Positions 52,857-64,000 of a stretch of DNA of 64,000 bases are shown here, piece after piece. The translations under genes and the position numbers were made by a program. The first letter of the stretch is position 1; each line of letters opens with the position of its first letter. The stretch is from NCBI GenBank assembly GCA_051294375.1, contig CM119268.1, positions 5,429,101-5,493,100 on the forward strand, in the 5' to 3' direction. A model generated the notes under the pieces. That model was given only the letters and a program-made list of their open reading frames with translations, had not been told where the DNA came from and made no database searches. This stretch comes from Paraspadella gotoi (taxonomy: Eukaryota > Animalia > Chaetognatha).

Positions 52857-54993
52857 CTGAAAAACAAGAGAACAAGGGGATCTCAGTTTGGGGCGGAAAA
52901 CGGCGACGACGATGTAGACGACGACGATGCAGACGACGACGATGTAGACGACGACGATATGGAAGACGACGAAGACGAAGAAGATGACAGAGAGAAAAAG
53001 AGCCCCCATGGAGACGACAACTATGAAGGCGATGACAAAGACTATGACGATGAGATTGACAAATAGAATGACAGAACCAAATGTGAAGACGAGAAAGTCG
53101 GTGACGACGATGACGACGACGACAAAAAACGCGTCACTCTTCACGTCAATGAAAACAAAAAAATCGAATGACAATAACAGAAAAAAAAAGACAACTCAAA
53201 AACTTCAACAATTTTAAAAATAACAGTTGGGGGGAAAATCGATACAATTTTTCATGAAGTTAAAACGAGTAAATAGAAAACATAAAATGAATGAAAAAAT
53301 ATAAAAATAAGAAAGAAAAGTAGAAAGTCTAAAGAATGAACAATTATTGAATATTCAATGATGAGCCAGATGTTCAGCATAGACGCGGCATTTGCGGCAT
53401 TTACAGCATTTTCGGCATTTACGGACCTTTTTCCAAAGGACGTCCGGGAATCGAGACTTGGTCGTCGTTGTCGTCGTCGTCGTCGTCGCCGTCGACGACC
53501 GCGACGACGAAAACCAAAATTTCATATTTTTTTGTTTTTTTTTTTTGTTTTTTTTTTCCTGTTTTTTTTTGTTTTGTCTCAGTTGGAGAGTTTACAAATT
53601 TACTTCGGAGATTTTTGATATATTAATTTGAATAAATTAATGAAAATTATTTTTAAATATACTTTAACAGGAAAACAAGAAAAAGCAAGACAATGAGAAA
53701 AAAATTAAAGAGAGAGAGAGAGAGAGAGAGAGAAGAGAAGAGAGAGAGAGAGATGACAGAGAAGAGAGACGAGAGAGACGGAGAAGAGGAGGAGACCACA
53801 CAACCACAGTCTCCTCGCCAATTATCTCGATTGGTTTGTTTTAAAGTCCGACGTCGGGGAGTTGTTTATGTCGGCGTCGGTCGAAGTCGGGCGGCGTCGG
53901 TCGAAGTCGGGCGGCGTCGGGGGGCGTCCTGTGGTGTCCGGCGGCGTTCTGGTGGCGTCGGTAGCGAGAGGTGGAGTCGGGTGGCGTCGATCGGTGTCGG
54001 GGAGAAGAAGGGCGGCGTCTGGGCGGCGGGTGGCGTTTTTGATCAGCGTCGGGCGGGCGCCAATTTTTGTCATATAGCGTCAGACGGCGTCGGGTGGCGT
54101 TATGGTGGCGGGCCAAGTTTGTCGGGGGTTCGGGTCTTGCGGCGTTGGCTGGCTACTGGCGGCGTGTAGTGGCGTCGGACGTCGTTGGGTCGCGTCGGAC
54201 TTTGTCGGGCAGCGTCGTGCGGTGCTGACGGCTCTCAAGCTTTTTCGGGGTCGGAGTGGCGTCGGTGTGATTTCCGGCGTCTGAGGCGTCTGGCTTCGAA
54301 CGGCCTCCTTTTAATCGAATCCGACTAACTGTGACGTCATCAAAACGAAAATTTAAAAAGTTAAAACAAGAATGTTCTGGCACCGGAGAGGAGAAAAGTG
54401 GCCGGCCCGGATTGCAATGTCGATTTCGTGCCGATCGCAAAACCGATTGCAGTGAAGATTGCTGTGCTGATTGCAGTGCCTTGATTGCATTGCCGATTTG
54501 CTGCGTTGGTGGGAAAATACGCCGACGAAAATTTTTTGAGTAGCAATTTCATTCATCTGTGTGAGTATTCTGATGCCAGACGTTTGTTGAAATATGAGAT
54601 GTCAGTTACCAAACAATATTTTGAATGTCAGATGCCATATGCCATATGTCAAATGCCAGATAACGGGATATGAAATGGCTTAGGAGATGGAGTACTTAAG
54701 AAATTACCGGTATGCTTCTCAACATTTGATTTTAATAATTAATTTTCGTAGCAGACGGTCAACCCGGCTATCCAAATACAGGAGATTGCGGGCACCCGGA
54801 GTAATTTCCGGGCAATCTTCGGAGTAATTGCCGGCCGCAACTTCCGGAAGTTAATTGCCGGCGCAACTGCCGGAGTAATTACGGCGATGCGAGTAATAGC
54901 AGATTAATCCGAGTTTTCCAATGGCGGAAAGCTCGACTGTTCGATGGTCCGACGAATGCGACGATTGCAATGACGGCCGTTGACCAACGGTGG

Positions 54994-55024
<31 letters not shown>

Positions 55025-55032
55025 CTCTCTCT

Positions 55033-55072
<40 letters not shown>

Positions 55073-55622
55073 TCTCCTCTCTCTTCTCTCTCTCTCAATA
55101 AAAGTGGGAGTTTTTTCGTGTGCGGGCGACGATTTCCGTTCGAAACGATCCATTCCTCCTTTCTCTCGGTGAAGTCTTTATAATATTATTATGATTATTA
55201 ACCTCCCGCCCTTTTTATTTTGTTGGGGGGGCGAGGTCAATTCAAAGGGGAACATGACTTATTTTGGTGCAGGTGGGAGGAGGGGGGGAAGAGGAGGAGG
55301 AGCAGGAAGAGAAGGAGTAAGAACTTTACGTAAAATGAGGAGAAAAAAAAAAGAAGAAAATTAACAGACAGTTTACGTGTATGTTGAACTGTAGTTCGAT
55401 TGGCAGAACTTTAGAGTTAATTGTTGATGTATTGAGTCGGATCTGCCTATCATCGTCGTCATCGTGCGCCGTTCGTCGTTATCGTCGTCGTTATCGTCGT
55501 TTTGTTTTGATTCTAAATTTGCGTCATTAACGAAAAATGAAGAAATACAAAAAAAAAAAAAAAAAAAATACTCATATCTTCGTAATTACTATTTATTTTA
55601 GCAATGTTACAGTGGCTAATAA

Positions 55623-56276
55623 TATATGCGATTTTATTCGAATACAACGAGTTGATTCAGTACAATCATCATCAACAAACAAACAAACAAAGACAGACTA
55701 AGTCTAAGCAAAAAACATAAAATAGAGAGAAAAAAAAACAGTTATTAAATAAAATTAATTAATTAAAATTTAAACAATTAAAAATTGTTCTTATGTTGTA
55801 AAAATGGAACAAGTTTCTGAAGAACAGTATTTTTCATTGTATATATCTTTGAGATAAAGGTTTTCTTACGATTATTAAAAATTGGTAGATAGGTCGTGGT
55901 ATCCAAACATACTCCTAAGTTCTCTCACACTTTCCCATCGATTATATCCCAAAAATCTTTCGTACACCATCATTTACAGCAACATTAAGTCTATTCATAT
56001 TACGTACAGAAAAAGTTTTTACTTCACAACCATAAAGGAGAACCGGAACACAGTTAGTATAATACAATTTCATCAATAATTCCTCTGAAGGTTTTAACAA
56101 GGCATTTATCAAAACAGTTACTTGATCTAAAAAAAGATACCAATTCTTTGCTTGGCTCAAAACAAGCTGTCTCTTTCACTACTAAGGTTGAACCCTAGAT
56201 ATGTCCATTTATCAACTAGATCGATACAGTTACCATCGAGAAAAAGTATATCATTTGGAATTGTAGTTTGCCACTT
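55623..56276 (-). mobile_element. Non-LTR retrotransposon (LINE) 3' fragment: C-terminal reverse transcriptase region plus 3' UTR, cut by an assembly gap
   Basis: Minus-strand frames give ILFLDGNCIDLVDKWTYLGFNLS (RT 'YLG' motif) and KLYYTNCVPVLLYGCEV...LNVAVNDGVRKIFG, with frameshifts; AATAAA and a (TAT)n-like end near 55623-55640. Confidence 0.8.
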
Positions 56277-56869
56277 NNNNNNNNNNNNNNNNNNNNNNNN
56301 NGGCGTCGGACGTCGTTGGGTCGCGTCGGACTTTGTCGGGCAGCGTCGTGCGGTGCTGAACGGCTCTCAAGTTTTTTCGGGGTCGGGTGGCGTCGGGTGA
56401 TTTCCGGCGTCTGGCGTCTGGCTTCGAACGGCCTCCTTTTATCGAATCCGACGAACTGTGACGTCATCAAACACGAAATTTAAAAGTTAAAAACAAGAAT
56501 TTCTGGCACCGGAGAGGAGAAAAGTGCCGCGCCGGATTGCAATGTCGATTTCAGTGCCGATCGCAAAACCGATTGCAGTGAAGATTGCTGTGCTGATTGC
56601 AGTGCCGATTGCATTGCCGATTTGCTGCGTTGGTGGGAAAATACGCCGACGAAAATTTTGAGTAGCATTCATTCAGCTGTGAGATATCTAATGCCAGACG
56701 TTTGTTGAAATATGAGATGTCAGTTACCAAACAATATTTGAAATGTCAGATGCCATATGCCATATGTCAAATGCCAGATAACGGATATGAAATGCTGAAA
56801 GAGGACTTAAGAAATTCCGGTATGCTTCCCACATTTGATTTTAATAATTAATTTTCGTAGCAGATACCG

Positions 56870-56985
56870 GCTCAACTGCCGGAGTAATTTCCGGCAAAAT
56901 TACAGGAGTAATTGCCGGCGCAACTTCCGGAGTAATTGCCGGCGCAACTGCCGGAGTAATTACCGGCGCAACTGCCGGAGTAATA
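56870..56985. repeat. 24-bp tandem repeat CCGGAGTAATTGCCGGCGCAACTG (noisy counterpart at ~54790-54895)
   Basis: Four to five visible units, giving the periodic ORFs NCRRNFRS/ITPAVAPA. Confidence 0.8.
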
Positions 56986-57092
56986 GCCAGATTAATCCGA
57001 GTTTTCCAATGGCGGAAGCTCGACTGTTCGATGGTCCGGACGAATGACGATTGCAATGACGGCCGTTGGACCAACGTTGTCTCTCTCTCTCT

Positions 57093-57191
<99 letters not shown>

Positions 57192-58974
57192 AATAAAAAG
57201 TGGGAGTTTTTTCGTGTCGGGCGACGATTTCCGTTCGAACGTCCATTCCTCCTTTCTCTCGGTGAAGTCTTATAATATTATTATGATTATTACCTCCCGC
57301 CCTTTTTATTTTGTTGGGGCGCCGGGTGAGGTCATTCAAATGGGAACATGACTTATTTTGGGCGGTGGGAGGAGGAGGAGGAAGAGGAGGAGGAGCAGGA
57401 AGAGAAGGAGTAAGAATTTAACGTAATATGAGGAGAAAAAAAAAAGAAGAAAATTAACAGACATTACGGTAGTTGACTGTAGTTCGATTGGCAGAATTTA
57501 GAGTTAATTGTTGATGTATTGAGTCTGATCTGCCTATCATCGTCGTCATCGTCGCCGCCGTCGTCGTTATCGTCGTCGTTATCGTCGTTTTTGTTTTTTG
57601 ATTCTAAATTTTGCGTCATTAACGAAAATGAAGAAAAATAACAAAAAAANNNNNNNNNNAACTCAAGTATCTCGTAATTTACTATTTATTTAGCCAAATG
57701 TTACAGTGGCTAATAAAAGCTCGAAATTAAAAGAGTTCGCTATTTACATAAAAAATCGTAGTTTGTATCAAACTAAACTTTATCTAAACTATTTAATTTT
57801 TTAAAAAAATTATATTAATTTTGTCTCGTGATTATGTAGCGGTTTTAATTATAAACGTTCAACCTATCAATCGTTAATAACATATTATTAACTTTTTCCA
57901 TTTGGATCGACATTTCACAGAATTTTCCACGATCTGTGACTCAGACTCACGAAAAGGAATTTCGAGAATGAATCTTTGATGTTTGGAGATCGAATCACAA
58001 TTCACAAGAGTCGTGAAAACTGTTTTTCCGTGACTGTTTGTCAATGCGGACTTTATGATAAAAAAAATTATAGAGGAATTACGGAAGAGTCTTTTTTTAA
58101 TTGAAGGGATATTATTTTAAAGAGTTTCGTGTTTAAAGACCAAATTTTCATAAAATTAAACAAAGCGTTAATCAATAAATCTATCATGTATCATTATTAT
58201 GCATTACGTATCACATACTATGAACAGTTTTAAGACGCACAGTGATGATATACATTTTTTAAACGAATTTTAAACTGAATCGTTTGGTTTAAACAAAAGA
58301 GATGAATATTCCATAAATTTTTAGAATTGTCTCAGACATGAATGACTCATTCTCAAACTGAAAGGGAAAAAAATCATCTTTTTATTGGAATTCGAAAGAA
58401 AAGAAAAAAAAAAGGAAAAAAGAAAATCATAGAAATACCCAAGTTTCGTCGCGAGGATCAGAATTCGAAATAAAGATTTTTTAAAAAAAATATGAATTGG
58501 ATTGGCCTCATTCAATCGTTTTAGATAATATATCTAAGCGATAAATAAACTCGCAAAAGGCGCAAAATTTTAAACCAATTTCTTAATTTTGAATTTTTAG
58601 CATCAAAAATGGAATTTAGCATTTCTAAATGAAATCTAGCTTTACAAAAATGGAATTAAGCTTTTAAAAGTGGAATTTAGTTTTTATAAATTAAATCTAG
58701 TTTTAATAAATAAAATTTTGCTTTCAAAAATAGAATCTAGCTTTTAAAAATAGAATTTAGCTTTTAAAAATAGAATTTAGCCTTAACTGAGAAAAAACCT
58801 CGCCGCAACAAATTCTTTTTAAATATTATTAATCAAAATTTTTTTTTTATTTAAAAATCCGTTAATTTGTTCGCATGATTTTTGACTCAATTATATTTTT
58901 TTCTTTTTCGAATGTTTTCGCCTTTAACGATGGATATGAAAAAAAAAGGAGGAGAGAGATTTAGAGAGAGAGGA

Positions 58975-59054
<80 letters not shown>

Positions 59055-59411
59055 AGATAAGAGGAGATGAGAGAGAGGAGAGGGGAAAGAGAGAGGATGT
59101 CGTCAAAATCGTAAAAGAATAAAAAAAATCAAAAGTAGATGAAATTAACGCAAAACGAAATTATCAGCACGAGGATTAGAGAAGATAAGATAAGATAAGA
59201 CAGGAAAAGGGAGGAAGATATATATAGGAAGAGAAGAGAATAGAGATAGAGATCGATACTTATTGCGAAGTCGTCGACGCGAATAAAAGCCATAAAAAAG
59301 AAAAGAATAAAAAAATTAAAACTAAAAAAATCATTAAAGATTGAAAAGTAAAAATGACACGAGATCGATAAAAAGAGCCAGGCCCGAAGACGAAGACGCT
59401 CGGCGACAAAA

Positions 59412-59521
<110 letters not shown>

Positions 59522-59852
59522 AGCCCAAAACGGAGGCGACAACCAAATCAGGAAGAAGCGACACGATTTTTCGACAAATCAGAAGAGAGAAAATCAAAAT
59601 ACAATTTCTAAACATGAAATGCCGTACAATGTACTGTGTAGATGCTGAATACATTGCCGTGTATACATTGGGGATGTGTTGAACGCGTTAATGAAATCCC
59701 GCATTCAAAATATGTTAGAAGTTTATATGCGTTTATATATATTGGAAATAAAAAGAAAGAAAGAAAGAAATAAAGAAAGAAAAAAAGAAAGAAAGAAAGA
59801 AAGAAGGAAAGAATGAAAGAATGAAAGAAAGAAGGAAAGAAATAAAGAAATA

Positions 59853-59972
<120 letters not shown>

Positions 59973-60134
59973 AAATAGAATAACATAGCGACAACCAGAA
60001 AACGTTATAAGAAAAAAAACCAAAAAAAACTATATAATAAAGAACAGAACAGACAAAAGAACGAATAGAATATTAAACAAAAGAACAAACATGACGAACA
60101 AAATTCGAACATAAGAAAAACGAGTTTAACTCAC

Positions 60135-60197
60135 CGCGTAAAAGTTATTCCTCGTCCCCCAGGGGGAGTAAGGATCCAAGGCCGCTCCGGCCGCCAT
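60135..60197 (-). CDS. Uncharacterised low-complexity protein, coding exon 1 of 7 (MAAGAALDPYSPWGTRNNFYA)
   Basis: ATG in caaagATGGCGGC context with an in-frame TAA four codons upstream; donor |gtgagt; 63 nt, ends in phase 0. Confidence 0.75.
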
Positions 60198-60772
60198 CTT
60201 TGACGCTTAACGTCTCTGTCTCTATCGCGCTTTTTGCGTCCGCTTTTGACCGGCAGGTGGCGACGGGGACGGCGGCGGAGGATGCGGGGTTTTCGATGAA
60301 CCAAAACCTTTCGTTGTTTTGATGCTCACATGGTTTTCGTCGTTGTCGTCGTTGTTGTCGTTGTTGTCGTTGTTGTTGTCGTTGTTGATTCCTCACTTTT
60401 GCGCTTTTGTTCACATTTTTTTTTCAACGAAGCGACGAAAACACGATGGCGTCACTCCCTCTCTATCTCGCTTTCGCTCACGCAAACCGTCCTTCTCTCT
60501 CTCTCTCTCGCTCGCTCTTTTAATTTTCGTCTCGCTCGCGCGCTGGTTTTTCCCCCGTTTCAATTAAGTGTTTTTTGTTTGCAATAATTTATTTTTAATT
60601 ATATTATTTTCCTGTGGAAAAAAGAGAGAGAGAAACATGAAAACGAGTTTTATATTTTTGAAAAATGAATGACCGGGGGGAGAAGAGAAATTCACGAAGC
60701 CAGAGGGGGGAGATAATGTTAAATATTCATAAAACTACGAAATATTTAAAAGGAAAAAGAGAGAGATGAAGA

Positions 60773-60811
<39 letters not shown>

Positions 60812-61276
60812 AGAGAGAGAGAGAGACGAGAACGAGCGATCAAAAATAAAACTATGGGTGTCGTTCCATTTCGATTCCATAAATCATTTTCATTTCAACG
60901 CGATTTTAGTTTAAAAAAAAAGAAGAGAAAAACGTAATAAAAGTTTTTGCGAGTTTTTTTTTTTTTTTTTAAGGCGACTTTTTTATATTTATAGTATTTC
61001 AGATTCGATGTAACGCATGTTTTTTTAGTTTTATACTTATACATAAGAAACGAGTTTTTTTTTTTATCATAAGGACGAATAGTTTTGGCAAAGAACAAAC
61101 ATTAAGGATGAACCGTTATTTTTTATTATTAGAGGACAAACGTTTTTATCACAAAGAAGAACGTATTTTTCGAAAGGATGAATTTTTTTTTATCACAGGA
61201 CGAATTTTATCATGAAATGACAAACGTCGAAACGATAAAAATCCAAGTTGAGTTTTTATCTGTGATTGTCTGTCGG

Positions 61277-61393
<117 letters not shown>

Positions 61394-62376
61394 GGAGTCG
61401 TTTGAAAGGTTTCGACTTTGATAAAATGCGTGGTCGTTATGATGTGGGCGTTGCTGTTATTGTCGGTGCTGTTGTTGTCGGTGCTGTTGTTGTTGGTGCT
61501 GTTGTAGTCGGTGCTGGGGATCTTATAATGATTTATATGAAACTTGCAAAATTACTTGTTTCACTTTTTAGATCTTATAATATTAATATTTAAAGTCTTA
61601 CTGTTTCTTTTATATTTTTTGTTTATAGTTTCTATTTTTTATATGTTTTATCCTTTTTTTTATATCCTCTGGAAATAAAGGGAGCATCTATACAACACGT
61701 TTAAAATACTTTCTTAATATTTCTTTTCAATTTTGGATATTCCCTTTAATTGACATTTTGATATTTTTTCGTCATTTTTTTCCATTTGTTCATTTTGTTT
61801 GTTTATTTTTTCCCGCGAATAAAACGAAAATTTGTTCTCGTATCGGGAATGTTTATCGATTTTCTATTTTTAATTATTTGCCACAAATTTTATGCTTCTT
61901 ATGAATCACTGATCACAAATATCACGCCTTTTTTTCCGTTTTTTTTAAAACGAGATGAGGATCATAAGTGGCGTTTTGTCGTCGTCGTCGTCGTCGTCGT
62001 CGTCATCATCAATCTTTTCTGTTTAATAAAAGGAAAAACCGCAAAAAATAAAATATAAAAGGAGATGATGGAAGCAGAAACATGAAATTGTGAGGGACGA
62101 GTCGAACAAATGAACAATCTGTTTAAAAGTAATTAAAAAAAGATAAATCTATAAACTAAAAATTAATTTACATATATATATGTTTCACGGAAACTACTGG
62201 TTAATTATAAAACTTTTTTTTAGAGGGAAGAGTCGTGGAAAAGTTTGGTGGCAGTTAATGACGTAATATAAATTATAAATTAAACATTTAAAAAAAAATT
62301 TACCAATATGCTTTGTAATATAAAATATTAGCTAGGACTTGTTAAGATTTCGTCTGTCTCATTAAAAACAGAGAGA

Positions 62377-62429
<53 letters not shown>

Positions 62430-64000
62430 GAATTCAGAATCGGAGGAGAAATCATGTTCGTCGTCGTCGTTTTTGTTGTTGTTGTTGTTGTTGTCGTTGT
62501 GATCTCCATCTCAGTCATCGAAACGACTGCGTTGGTGTGATGACGTCAATTTCGATGACGATGATGATGATGATGATGATGACGATGATGACGATGATGA
62601 TCATGGCGTCAATTATGATGTGAATTTCGACTTCAAGAAACAAATAAAGAATTTCGTCATTCATTCATTCATTCATTCATTCATTCATTCATTCATTCAT
62701 TCATTCATTCATTCATTCATTCATTCATTCATTCATTCATTCATTCAGTCGTTCGTTATTCTTGAGTTCATCGTCGTGATTCAAACCTAAGTGAATCACG
62801 CGTTTGAGATTCGCTGTCATATTTCGTTTCACTAGAGTTCACACATGAAAACGGATGAATGTTGCTTGCCCCTATTATGTAGGAAACAGTTTTGAGTTGC
62901 GGCTCTTCGGTCGGTCGGTCTGTCGGTCCGTCCGTCCGTCGGTCCGGTGGTCTGTCCCATTTCCGTTTCAAAATCTTATACATGCTTTCTAACTTCCCTT
63001 TGGTTTTTATTTCGTTATTTTTGATCAAAAAATTAGTATAAAAGAATAAAAGACGGAATTCCGATTCAAAGCGTGACAAGGTAATCACGTGATCACCCGG
63101 AAATGTGAAAAGAGAGTCACTGCGGCGCAACACATTGGTATCACCGTTCTTGTTCTCTTTTCCCAAACATTTAATCAGAAGCGGAAGACGTTGCCGACGG
63201 AAGTTCATCTTCCGTCGAACACAAGACCCTTGAACTTCGGATCGGCCTGTTTACTCTTTAGCAAGTGACCACTGGTCGGTTCGACTCCCCACGCTGCTCT
63301 CTTGTATGACTCGTCAGGGCGCGGACCCGAGTCCTTTGGGTTGGGAGCAGCCGCCGAGTAGTGGGGTCATTTCGTCATATGTACCACGAGCACCACTTCC
63401 CGCGAAATATTCATCTCAAAATATATGACGCATTAATAATGTTTCGCGCCATTTTACGTCTTTATTTCCCCAAGTTCCAACTCTCTCATCGCCATCTCAC
63501 GTCACGCTGTCTCGCGTCACGTCATCTCACGTCACGCCGTCTTGTGTCACGTCAACCCACGTCACGCCCTCTGGTGTTGCGTAAATTCACGTCCCTGTCT
63601 GCGTGTTGGACCACTCGGCGTGGAAACAGAGAGAAGACAGACAGGCACAGAGAGAGAATGGATGAAAAAAAAAAAAGAGAGAGATGAGAGAGAGAGAGAG
63701 AGAGAGAGAAGGAGAGAGAGAGAGAGAGAGAGAGACGAGACTAGCAGGCCAAGTTAATTGTAACGATGTACATTGTACAGGCCATTAAAAAACACGCAAA
63801 TTACAGTAAACGTTCAGCGCAATCTAACCAATTATACGAATCAATAAAACCCAAGAGAGAATGAAAGAAAAGAAAAAAAAAGAAAAGAAAAGAAAAGAAA
63901 AGAAAAGAAAAGAAAAGAAAAGAAAAGAAAAGTAAATTTCTTCCCCGAGTTGAAAATGACACTCGATATTTCTATGGTCCACTTTTTCTGAAGCGGTTCG

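Larger units (their letters stand above)
54171..57716 (+). repeat. Near-identical duplication of ~1.45 kb (54171-55622 and 56302-57716)
   Basis: The second copy starts right after the 25-N gap with ggcgtcggacgtcgttgggtcgcg; both copies end at ttacagtggctaataa. Confidence 0.92.

Overview
Eukaryotic (most likely invertebrate animal) genomic DNA that is very rich in microsatellites ((GA)n, (GAC/GAT)n, (GAAA)n, (GAAAA)n, (GATA)n) and comes from a draft, gap-filled assembly (8 N-gaps, five of exactly 25 N, plus several error-prone stretches). Almost all listed ORFs are translations of simple repeats. Reading splice sites by hand gives two intron-containing genes on the minus strand. (1) A DEG/ENaC (ASIC-like) amiloride-sensitive channel subunit: four extracellular-domain exons at 11550-3790, an error-laden HG-motif exon at about 18055-18260, and an error-laden TM1/FPxVTxCN exon lying in the opposite orientation at about 21588-21820. 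The gene runs off the left edge of the window. (2) A 7-exon, phase-consistent 341-aa low-complexity protein gene (60197 to 23497) with no domain I recognise. Also present: a tRNA-derived SINE family, a second ~200-bp dispersed repeat family, a 1.3-kb hAT-like non-autonomous element, a LINE reverse-transcriptase fragment that looks polymorphic between haplotypes, several minisatellites and hairpins, and tandem duplications that are probably assembly artefacts. No prokaryotic systems, CRISPR arrays, rRNA or intact tRNA genes were seen. No database searches were run.
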